Under the pieces are notes generated by a model. That model was not told the origin of the DNA. It did no database searches and was given only the letters and a program-made list of their open reading frames with translations. Shown here piece after piece: positions 25,101 through 37,100 of a stretch of DNA of 64,000 bases; the first letter of the stretch is position 1, and each line of letters starts with the position of its first letter. The translations under genes were made by a program, and so were the position numbers. The stretch is from Candidatus Omnitrophota bacterium (GTDB lineage: Bacteria > Omnitrophota > Omnitrophia > Omnitrophales > Aquincolibacteriaceae): NCBI GenBank assembly GCA_023247055.1, contig JAHFHF010000006.1:600-64599 (forward strand), read 5' to 3'.

Positions 25101-28100
25101 GTTTGAAGCCGGGGCAGATACCAGCCCTGCTTTTGTGTCGCTGCTGGCTTTTGGCCGGAATGCCCTTGCCGAGTCGCAGCGTGCGGCCCAGGCTGCGCGC
25201 GCCCGGGCGTCGGGTCTTCTGGCACAGATGCCGGCGAATACCGCGGCCCTGCAGGCCCAGGAAACTTTGCGGGGCGCCCAGAGCCGTTTGGATCAAGCGC
25301 TGGAAACCCTCACGCAAAGTTTGCATGAGGCCCAGGCTGCCGAGAACGGTGCCATGCCTCTGGTGAAGGAAGCTCAGAGCAAACTCGACCACATGCGGAT
25401 TTTGGCGGCGCAGTCCGTGACCACGGCCCTCGCAGGCACGGCCGCAGCGCTCGTGACCCAGCTGGCCCGGTCCAATCTCGGCCGCGAACCGACACCGGAT
25501 GAAATCAGAGCCGCCGTGGCGGGCCTCGCGGCAGGAGAAACACTGGAACAGACGGCGGGCCGCTTGCTGGCAATTTCCGATGCGGCCCTGATCAAAGCCG
25601 CGCTGGATCCGCTGCGGGATAAAACCTCCCTGGATGAAAGTGCTCTGGGCGCGCGCTACCAGGCCATGACCGCAGGCCTCTGGCCATTGGAAAGTGCGAC
25701 TCAGTCCGTGATGAATTATTTTGGACCGGCCATGGATTGGCCGGCCGAATTGGCACGCTTGCAGCGGGGGGCCGACGAAATTCTCGCAGATTTAGAGGCG
25801 GCTCTCGCTGAAATGGACCGCTTGCTTTATTTGAATCCCGGCCATGCGGAACTGAACGCCAATGCTCTGCTCATGACCGATGTTCTGAATCAGGCGGCCG
25901 GCCTGGCTGAAGACCTGCGGGAATTCCCGCAGGTGCTGACGCCGGAAATCGAAAATTTCAACCTTGCCAAAGCCACGGCCGAAGCCAGCCTCGCGTCTGA
26001 CGAAAATCTGCAGGTCCATCTGGCCGCTGCCGAGCTTTTGACCGGACGCATCGACGCCATGACTGAAACTGCGGATAGGGCGCAAGCGCTCCGCTGGCTG
26101 GAAACTTTTGAAACCACGGCCGCCGGTCCTGTGCCTCAGCAGATCAACGCACTTGTGGCGGCCGCCAGAACCAAAGTGGAGAGCGCGCAGCAGGTGGAGG
26201 CCGGCATCCGTCTGCTTGAAGCTGCGGCCGAACAAACAGACGCAACCGCCGAATTTATCCGCGCGCAAGCCGGCACGATGAACCGTGAAATGCTGATCGG
26301 CGTCGTGGATCAGCTTCTGGGGCAGTTGGAGGCGGCCGCGGCACAGGCTTCAGGCGTGATCAGTCAGTATCCGGACACGGCGGCGTTCAGCCGTTTGAGC
26401 GGCCGTCCGGAAGCGCTGATGGCCCAGATTAAAGCCGCTCACGAAGCCATGCTGGCTGAATTATTCCATGAGCGGGTGGTCACAAATCGCGGGGCCGATT
26501 CCGTTGAAACCGCCGCGCTTTTGGCCGGTGCTGTGAACCGGTTGGGCGCAATCGCTGCGGACAATGGAGTGGCAATTCATGAATTGCCACTACGGATGCT
26601 TTATACGCTGATAAATAACACACGATCCAAAGTCGCTGTGCTGGAAAGTGAACTGGCTACGGCCGTCAATGCCGGCGTGGATGCCGGGGCTAATTTGGCC
26701 TCAATTCGCGACTACCTGGCCCGTATTGACCAAACTGCGGCGGCCTTGAACGCCCGCGCTGCGGCTTTGGGCGCGGATGTGAATGCGCCGCTGACGGCGG
26801 CTGACAAGAATACCGCTTTAATTTCGATTCTCAGCGGACTTGAAACGCAATCCCAGGCTGCGAATGCGACGGCCTTGACCCTCAAACAAATCCAGCAGGC
26901 TGTGCGCGAGATCCAGGGACAAGTCCAGTTAGCCGCTCAAGTGCCGGGGACTCAGGGAGAGGTCCAGTTAGCGGCTCAGATGGACCTGTCCCTGCTCACG
27001 GTTAAAAATGCACTGCTGCGTGCCACCGGCGGCGCGTCTCTGGTGGAAGAAACGGTTTATCTGGCCGCGGCCGGGCGCTTGTCGCTGGTGCTTGCCAACA
27101 ACACGAATGATTTGACCTTATTGAACCGGCTCGAAGTCTTTGCCGGTGATTTTGCGGTTCAAGCCGCCGCGGCCCGCGCAAAATTGGCTCAGCTTGCTGC
27201 CGCAGACAGCACGGGCGTCTATGGCTTCAGCGCCAATCTGCCTTCACTCGCCGCGCTCGAAGCCGATACCGGCAAAACCAAGGCGCTTGTGACCGAAAGA
27301 CTGGCGCATTTGGCCGGACAGCCGCAGGCTTGGTCCACGGATCCGCTGGTGCGCGCGCTGCATGAAGCCGAAGCCCTGCAAAAAGCCATCATGGTCCAAC
27401 AGGGACAGGTCCAAACAACTCAACAGGACCTGTCCCTTAAGACTTCGCTCGCGATCCTGGAAGCGATTGGGGAGGCCGTGACCAGCACGATCGCGGCTTT
27501 GACGGAATCCGCCCGTCAGGATGCGGCCGCTTTTGAAGACCGCCAGCGGCTGCTTGAGAATTACCGCGGTCGTTTTGATTTCTCCGAACAAGCCGCTCTG
27601 CTTCAAAGTGAAGAAACCATAGCGGCGGCGGAGCAGGCGCGTGCAGCCGAGCAAGCCGCATTCGAGCGTCACCTCGCCCTGCTGCAGGACCTTGAAACCC
27701 AGGATGAAACCCTGGCCCGGGCTTTGGCGGATATGGCGATTGACGATGCTCAAGAATTGCGCGATTTGGGCGCTGAGCCGGATCTTGCGATCGTGGAACG
27801 CCTGGAAATGCAGGCTGAATCCGCGGAAGCGCGGCAGGATTCCGGAGCGCAGATTGAAGAACTGGCCGAGGGCCTCGCCGCCTGGATCGAACGGCTGGAG
27901 ACCATGACGGCCGGTCTGAATACCAACGAGGAGTTGGCGGTGCGTGAAGGCTTGCTTGATCTGGCGGATGCCGTTACGGCGCATTGGCAGGAACTGCTGA
28001 CCGAGCCGTCTGCGGCCGAGGTGCGCCAAAAAGTCGATGCGCTGCGCAGCGTTGTGACGCAAGACCTGCAGGCGCTTGAGACCACAAAAGGGGCTGCGGA

Positions 28101-31100
28101 TGCGGCCGCCGATTGGCTGAAAGAAAACGGCGCGCATCTGACCGAACTGGACCGTCTGATTGGCGAGGCCATGGCCGCATTTGAGACTGCTGCGAAGACC
28201 ACCGGTGTAGGGGCGGGTTCTAAAACCGCCCAGGATGCCGCTGCTTCCGCGCGCCGGCTCTATGAAGAACTCGAAACGCTTCAGGATGAATTTATCGCGC
28301 TTACAGCCGAAGTCGAAAATGCCTCAGCCTATGAAGACGACATCAAGGCCATGATGACCGCGCGTGAGGAGTTCCGCGCGGAACTGGACGGCCTGGCGGA
28401 AACACAAATCCTGACGCAGATCCAAACCTCGCAGGGCGCGGATGTCACCCAACTCCTGAATACGATTGAAGCGCAGATGACGGCCAATCTCAATGCCCTG
28501 CGCAATCTGGACCCCGAAGAATTCAAAAAATCCACGGCCGAACTTTTGGCGGGTCATCCGGAATTGGGCGGCCTCAAACTCGAACTGCCGGATGCCGGAG
28601 CCCTGGATGAAAACTCTCAGCCCGACCTCTTGCGGGCCTTGCTTGAGGGCGCCCGGACGCCGGCGGCCGGCGGCACGCCGCTGCGCGGTTATTATCTGGG
28701 TTATCCGGCCACAGCGACGCTGATGAACCTTGAAAATCTGATCAGCGTTCTCGCGGCCCAGCAAGGCTCCGGAACCATTTTCGCGGAAACTTGGCTGACG
28801 AGCATGCGTGAGCGCATGAACGCCTGGTTCAACCGCATGTTCGGGATGGAGGCTGAACTTGAACAGTACCGCGTCCGCATGATCGTTGACAATTCCGCTG
28901 CGGGCATCGAATGGTCACGCGTACTCGATGGAAATATTAGCGCGGTCAATCAGCTGATCAGCGAAGCGTCAGGCGCTGCCTCAGGCGCGGATGCGGTCAA
29001 TAAACTCCGCCAGGCGGAGCGTATGATCGCGCTGGTCGATGCCCAGCAGCGAGCCGTGCAGGCGCTCTGGGACGATGTGCGCGCGCGCGGTGAGATGAAC
29101 AGCATCTGGTATAAGACGCGTACGATTTGGCAAAGCCTGCCGCCGCTGGATGTTTACGGGAAGTATCTGGACCAAATGGAAATCCTAAACGAGGGCGGTG
29201 AAATTTTACCGGGTGAAATCGTCGCCTATGGAAAACATGTGAGTGATTTTGCCGCGGAACTGGCGAAAAAAGTCAAAGACCTGAATCTGGCCGCCGACTC
29301 GGCGCGCCAGGCCGCGGCCGGCAAACTGATAGGCTCGCTCAAATCGAGCCTGCAGGCGGACCAGCGCGTGATGGATAGTCTGTTGACGGAGATTCGCGGA
29401 ACCTCTGATGCCTGGGTGCGCGAGGCGGCCCGGCGCGAGATCCACACCCTGCTGGAAAAGGCCGGCCAGCGCCTGGCGGATGCCAGCGTGCAGGCCGACG
29501 AGTGGCTGGATGCCACGACCTTTACAGTGTGGACCCGGTCCATTCTGCGGGAAAACGGCATCGACCCCGATCTGCCCGAAAATCAGAAGATCTTTGAAGA
29601 GAAGAGGGCGAATGTGCGCCGGAACGAAAAACTGAAACTGGATGGCGAGCGCCGCGCGGCGGCTGCCATGTTGAACGGCTTGCGCGTGCTGGCGGAACAA
29701 GCCGGGGCCGCAGTCATGGACAGCCTGATTTTTGAAGGCGGCAGCAAACTGCTGACCGCTGAATTGAGTGAAATCAGAACACTGCTCGGCGTCTTTGCCG
29801 CGCGCAGCGAATCTGAGCGCGATGCCGTCAAGACCGAGGCCTATCTTGAAACTGCACGCATTCTGCGTGATAAAGCGCTGGTTTTGATGAATAAGGTGCG
29901 TGAGCAAGCGGCGGCCGAGGACGCCACGCTGGAAGACCGCAATGAAGTCGCCAAAGCGGAGGCCCAATGGGATCTGATCAACACTGCCGCCGGCTATCTG
30001 GAAAATAACCGTTCAGTTCAAACAACTCAGGCGACCGGCGGTGATTCCCTGACGAACGAGGCGCAGCGATTCTTTGAGGCCGGCAATGCTCTTTATGGGG
30101 TGCTTGATGATATGCTGGCTCGCCGGCAAGTGCAGCTGGCGGGGCCCTATGACGATCTCAGTAACGATTCCGCGTTTACCATTTTACTCGCATACGGGGA
30201 TCAAATCACAGCCGACCTGACGGCCCTGCGGGATCGTATTCAGGCCACGAGCGGTATTCTCTCAAACGCGTTTGTGAATACAAACATCTGGCTGCAGCAC
30301 CTCAGCGGCATCATGGAAAATGCGCGGACCCGCGCCGCAGCGTTTTTCACCATCGGCGACCCTTCCTCGATCCGGCCCCTGGACGCCATGCGGACACTCA
30401 ACAGACTGTCCGGCAGTATGACAGCGGTCATCAAGGAAAGCTTAGAATCGCACGAATTCGCTGCGTACCGGGCGGAGAACTATCGCGCGTTTGAAAGTCT
30501 GGCTCAGGGACTGCGCCGGACGCTGGATCAAAAATACCAGCAGCTGGATACGATCTACCGGGCGGATCGCACGGCGGCAGCCCTGGCCGAACTGAAAGAC
30601 GCCGCGCTGGAAGTCTTCAAACCCGCGGCCCGCTTAAATGAACTGCGCATGGCTTTCGGTGAAATGGCCGAGGTGGCGCTGGCGGATTTAACCCAGGCTA
30701 GCGTCGTCGAATTTTTACGGACAGAGATCGAACGCTCCCTGTCTGCGAATGAAGCGGCCCTTATCACGCGCGCGGCCGAAGAAGTCCAGCAAGGGTTGAT
30801 CCGCGCCGCGTCCGTCTCGGCCGTGGGCATCGCGCGAAACCATACGAAGTACGAAGTGGTCTTTAATAATACGACACAGCGGCGCGAACGGACGGTGATC
30901 GATTATGCGCTCAGTGCCGGCGGTACAGCTGCCTTCCGCCAGACGCTGGCGCAGGCCTCAGATTTGCAAAAGCCACTTTCTGAAATGAACGAGCTTGCCA
31001 TTCTCGAAAAAATCCGCGAAACCAACGGCGTTTTTGCCACGGACTATGTCAAACGGCAGGCGCAAATGTTTGAACGCTGGCGCCTCAAATTTATTCCGCA

Positions 31101-34100
31101 GGACAATGCCTTGAGCGTCACGTGGAGTATGCTGATTTCGCGTGAACTCGAGGAAGAGTTTAACCGCTATACGAATATTCGCGATACGCTGGGCACTTCG
31201 GCCCTGGACGGCTATGCCGATGAGTTCTCTTATCATCTCAGCATGCTCAACTGGGCGGGGAGCGTGATTGCACGGGAAGGCACGAATACGTTCAGGAACA
31301 AGAGCGTTGAAATCGACGGCACAAACTGGGCGGTGCGGGTGGATGCAGTCGATGTTCTCGCCAAAGCAGTGGATAAGGAAACTTCGCCGGAAAAACTTGA
31401 AATGCTGGTGCCGATGCTCAAGGAACAGCTGGACGCGTTGGAAATTTTAAATGGCTCGGGGATGTCTCTTGGGAAAGACAATTACCACATCGGCGAAGCG
31501 GCGTATTTTGCCGTGCAATCCTTCAGCTCTGAAGTTAAGACCCGGGCCTATGACATTTATCTGGAGGCGCTCAAGCGCCTGGAGTTTTTCCGCATGCTGG
31601 AATTGGGCGGGGAGCAGTCCGTGGCCGATATCCGCGCTCAGGTCTATACCGCCGTCGAGATGCGCCGCAAGGCTCAGGCGTCCAATGATCTGGAACTGCT
31701 GATGACGCTTGCCGAGGATGCCCGCAACCGGCGCAAACAGGCGCAGAAAATTTATAAGTCTATGCTCACGCTGCTTGCAAAAGCCCTGACCGGCGACTTC
31801 AAAAATCTCGACAAGGTGCTGCCGGCGTTCAAAAAACGCGTGACGGCGGCTAAAGAGCTTTTAAACCGGCTGGCCGATGAATGGGCGCTGATTGACGCGG
31901 CGCGCATGGAATTGGCGGCCAAGGCGGACCGGGGCGCGCTCCTCGCCGGAGAAATCACCTCCCTGGCGAGTCAGGCGGCAAAATTGCGCGCTGAAATTCT
32001 GGGCCGCGAAGAGGCGGCCGGCGAACCTTCGGGCGCGGCGGCTTTAAAAGATATTCCGCTTGAGAAAATGGCCAAACTGCTCGGAATCACGGAGGAGGAA
32101 GCGGAAAAGGTCGTGGATGTGCTTTCGAATAAAACGCTCACGCACCAGAATTCAGCCGCCGTCCTGCAGTCCATGGAGGCAGTGCGCAAAATGTTCGACA
32201 GCGGCAAACTACGCCTCGAACGTTTGACGGCGCTGATTGAAGTGCCCTATGCCGACATTGCCGGCGGAGTCCAGAAGACGGCCGCGGCGATTAACGCCAT
32301 CATCGACAAGCCGGCCGCAGCCCAGGCAGCGGCGGATATTTTAGCGCAATTCGGCACGGGCATTTCCGCGGTTCCGGGAAGCGATGCGGCTATTTTAGCA
32401 GCCCTGGTGCTGGGCCTGTTGGCCGCCAGCGTGGAAGAGCCCGCAGCTTCCGCAGCTCTGAAAGCCATAATCCGCGAAGCGGCGGCCAAGGCGGCAGCGG
32501 AAGCGGAAATGCTCGGAGGCACCAGCGTCAGTCTGTCCGCGGCGGCCGCATCCGCCCAGGGTTCAGCGGCGATGGCCACGCGCATTGTGAACCAAATTCA
32601 AACCGAAAGCGGTACGGCGAGCGGCAGCGTGACAACCGCGGCCGCGTTAGCGGTGCTGGCTGCGGCATATTCCGCTCACACGGCACAGCCGGCGTATTCC
32701 GAAACCACGGCGTCTGTGCTAGCCTCGAATATCAATGCGTTTACGGCTTACCGGGCATACCTTGAACCGCTGCCTCTCGTGTCGCGGGCCGATGCGGCGG
32801 CGACAACAGCGCTCATTGCCGACGGACTCGCGGCCGGAAGCGACGTCAGCGCGGAGGCCGTCCGCGCGGCGGAAAAAGCTTCGGGCCTGGCGCTCATGCT
32901 GACGTCGCTGATGTCGCAGGATCGCGGTATTCCGGGTTATGCGCCTCAGGCGGCTGCGTCGTCTGCGGCCCTGTCGCTGGCGGCACTGTCCCATGCGATT
33001 GTAACATCGGGAGTCACCGGTGCGATTCGCAGTGCTGCGCTTAATGCAGCGGCCAGCGCCCGGGATTTGGCCGCGCAGGTTGCGGGAATTTCATCGCCGG
33101 CTCAGGGTGCCCAGGCGGCACGTGATGCTCAGGCCATTTCCGCAAATCTTGTCCAGATGTTTGCGGAAAATGAGTTAGCTATGCCGGCGGCCATGCAGAA
33201 CTTTGTGACGGCAATTGCCGTTGCGGCAGAACTGGCCGGCGGAGCGGCCGCCGGAACGTTGAATCTGCCGGAGGCCGTCTCTATGGCCTCGGGCCTTGCG
33301 GTGACCTTTCTCCGCAATAGTCAAAGCTACCTGCTTACTGCAAGAACGCGCGAGCAGACGGCGGCGCTGACGGCTCAACTTTCAACCGCTTCATCCTGGA
33401 GCTCATCCGCACCGCAGGAAGTCGCCGGCTCGATCCATGGATTAGGCGTATCACTTACAGCCGGACAGGCTGCTTCCGATGCGCAGGTCATGGATGCGGT
33501 GGTAGCTGCGACGGCTGCTTTTAATCTTTTTGCGAATGCGATTACGACCGATTTTAACATTCCAGAGGAGATTCGAACTGCGGCGCGGCAGAAAGCTCAG
33601 AACCTCGTTTTTTACGCGCAGCACCTGGCGCCGGCCACGACCGTGGATTGGGCGGTGGCTGAGGCGCTCACCCTGATGCAGAATGATCTTTCGGATCTGC
33701 AGGGAATGTTCCTTGCGGCTGGAATTGGGATGCCTCCGCGGGTATCGGCAGCTATGAATGCGGCGGCCGCGGCGCGGATGCTCAGCAGTTCGCTGGTTCA
33801 ATCTACGCCGGTATCGATTTCGACACAGGCGTTGACGCAGAGTTTGACGACGGCGCTGCTGATACTTCCAAGCACGGCTGCGCCCCAGCCCTTGGAGCAA
33901 GGCGCAGCTTCTCAGGGCGCGCTGGCGCTCCAAGCAGCGAGCCGTCTTGCCGTAAGTCTGACGGCCGAGGCGGATATTACCCGGCTGGGCGATACCAGCG
34001 CCTTGAATTCCTCAGCTCTTGCCGCAGGCCTTGCCGCCGCGGCGTCCGCCGGATCCGCCATGCCGCAAGGCTTGACGTCTCAGGCGGCGCAAATGGCGGC

Positions 34101-37100
34101 GACCGCCTTGTCCATGATTGCGGCCGCGGCCATGATTCCGCAGTCAACGGACGATTTGAAGCAGCAGGCCGCTCTCGCCGCCGCCCAGGCCCAGACGCTC
34201 GTCGAAAGATCGGGATCCTCGGAGGCGGTCAGTGCCGCAGAAATCAAGGAAGTTTCGCTTGCGGCGGCGCAGTTAGCCGATACCGTGAAAGCCTTCATGA
34301 CTTCGCTCAATCTGACGGTACCGGCCAAAATTGACCAGATGACGAATGCGGCTCAGCAAGCGGCCGCACTGGCGGGTGCGATTGAAAAGGGCCGTTCGGG
34401 CGCTTCGATCGTCCAGGCTTTTGGAGTCAGCGGCGCGGGCGTGATTCAATATGCGCTCCACAGCCCCGAAGGCAAGGCTGTTTATGAAGCTTATCGCGAT
34501 GTGCTAGGCCGTGATCCCAAGGGCGAAGAACTGGCCGTGGATTTGGCCGACGTGCTGGCCGGCAAACTGACGACCGCCGATTTGAAAGTGCGCCTGCTCG
34601 GTTCTGAAGAGTACCGCCAGACCCGTGCCTTGATGGAACGCGTCATTCTGTCGGTGGGTGCGGTGCTTGAAAATTATACGGGCTTAAAACGCAGCGAACA
34701 GATCATATTCGCTGCCGGCTTTGGTATTCCCGCTTCCATGGCGGCCTCACTGAATAAAGATTCTGCCACAGCTATTCTTAAATACCTGTCGGAACAAAGC
34801 CTGCACTTCGGCATCAGCGCCTTCACGGCTCTCAGCTTCATGCTCTCTCAAGACTCACGACTCAAGACTCTCGACTACGAAGAACTCGCGCGCCAGACGA
34901 TTCTCTCCGACATTCTCTCCGGCGTGCTGCGTGCCGATACGCGCGGCGAACTGGTCCTCTCGGCTTTTGCGCTTCAAAATACGGCGGCGCACGCGGGGCT
35001 CGAACTTTACGGCCGGCGCATGACGGCCGAGGAATTGCCGGCGCTTAAATTGCCGGCCATTATTCACCTGGACGGCGATCATTTTGCCGTGCTTGAAAAG
35101 GCCGACGCTGAAAACGTGACCGTGCGTGAATATACGGGCGATTCTTTTGCGCTGAGCGTGGCGGAATTTGTGAAACATTGGGACGGCTTCGTGATGAGCG
35201 CCGATCAACCGGACCGCCGCACGCTTGACAGCGCGAGCCTGCAGCTCATCCGCGGTTCGGATGCGGCGCTGGGATCAAGCCCTGCCGATATTGCGGCATT
35301 GTCCGTCCAGCTTGGCAATTTGTTTGCCGCCATGGCTTCCGGTTCCGTGGATGCGACGCTGGCTCAGGCCGCCTTGGCCGCGGCAGGGGATTTGGTTTCC
35401 GTGCTGGCCATTTTTGAAGAATTAAGCGCCAAGGGCGCTTATCTCAAGAGTGCCGAAAATCTGGAAGAGCGCCTGCGCCAGCAGTCGCTGGCCTTCTTTG
35501 AGGAAATCGACCGGCTGGACCTGACCGTGCGCCGCGCTTCGCGTGTGTCGCAAGGCAAAGCTTTTATGGATCAGATCACCGCGCGCAACAAGGACATCCA
35601 GAATTTGCTCATTATTGCCCAGTCTACGGCTATGCAGTATCCTTCGAACTCGGCGATTGCCGCGGATCTTGCCGAAGTACAGACCATCGCGGCCCAGGCG
35701 GCGAACAAAGCCGCGCAGACCGCGATTTATCTGAATGAATTGACGGCCGCCGAAGCCAATGCGGCCTCGCTGGCGTCCGCCATGCGCCAGGATCTTGCGC
35801 TCATGCAATCCCTGAACCTGCGCGCGCTGGCCAGCCGCAGCAGCGCGGAAGTGGCGTCGATTTTCTCGCAGGCGGATGAGATGGAAGACCAGATGCGCTT
35901 GCTGCGTGAAGACATCAACGACGTCTACGATGCCTTTCTCAGCAGTCAAGCCATTCTGGACCGTGCCACGGAAGCCAACGAACTGCTGCTGGAAGCGGCG
36001 CGCATCCTGGCCGAGTTGACCGTGCGCGCGCGTGCCGTGGCCCGTTATAACCAGATGAGCCCGCTGCTGTTGGACCGCGCGGATGTCAACCGCGACGGCA
36101 GCGTGACTGCCGCTGACGTGACAGCGCTCAATCTGGCCATGGCCACGGTGGATGACATCAATCTCGACGGCGTGGTCGACCTGCTCGATAAGGCCATCTG
36201 GCAGCAGCTCCTGCCGCTGATTCCGACGCTGGATTTCCTGAATGGAACCTTAGCCGGGCTGGGCGATGTGGATGCGGACAGCCAGCTTGACAGCGACGAC
36301 GTCTCCTTGTTCCGTTCGTACTTGTCGGCTTACGTCAACGTGGATCAAGACCCAGCCGGGCTGGTGGATTCGAGCGATGTCCTGGCCGTGAGCAATTATG
36401 TGAATTCAGGCTACACCTTCAAATACGGCACGCCGGACACCGTGACGCTGTACCGCTACTTCGGTGAAACCCAGCCCAAAGTCGTGCACGTGGCCGATCC
36501 GAACCAGACCATCTATGTCAATTCGATCTTTGATGTACTCGATTCCACGAGCAATGAGACATTGGATGCCCTGACGGATGTGGAGTTTCCTGAGAATCAG
36601 GGCTTTTATGCCGGCCAGATGCAGGGAATTGAGCGCTCAGCACTGGCTTCCGATGATGAAAGCGCCGTGGCGCTCTTGGCCAGCCGCGCCCGCGACTTAC
36701 TGGATCAGGCGCTCTTGGGCCGCGATCTTTTGACCCTCATCAATACGCCCGCCAGCCGTCAAGTGGCACAGACTGCGGATGGAACGCTTGAAACTTTGGC
36801 TGATCTTTACACGGCCCTGCAGGATTGGACCAAGTTTGCCGCTCAAAAAGAAGACGTCGTGCGTTTGGATCGCGAAGCGCTCGTCAGTGCGGAAGCGGCG
36901 TTGGCCCAAGCGCGTGCCGCATTGGCCGGGCTTGTCGCTCAAGTCAATGCCGGCACGCTTTCATCGGCGGATCCTGCCTTCGCCGCGGCGCTGGCCAATG
37001 TCAGTGCCAGGGAAAGCGCATACACAGCGGCAAAAAACACCTTGAGCGCATCGGCGCAGGACTCCGGCCGCGTGCGGCGCGAGAAAATCCTGCTGGACTA

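Noticed and set aside
24916-27438. MITE or IS element with terminal inverted repeats, or a CRISPR-like repeat.
   Set aside because: The inverted-repeat units are only 39-81 nt and lie in frame inside the CDS. They carry no transposase and no target-site duplication. The three copies have different loop lengths and are not regularly spaced, so this is not a CRISPR array.
32240-34440. Transmembrane helices in Ala-rich hydrophobic runs such as AAILAALVLGLLAASV.
   Set aside because: The runs are about 14-16 residues, shorter than a typical transmembrane span. They are embedded in amphipathic Ala-rich helix. I saw no flanking positive-inside pattern, so they are more likely buried helical-bundle faces.
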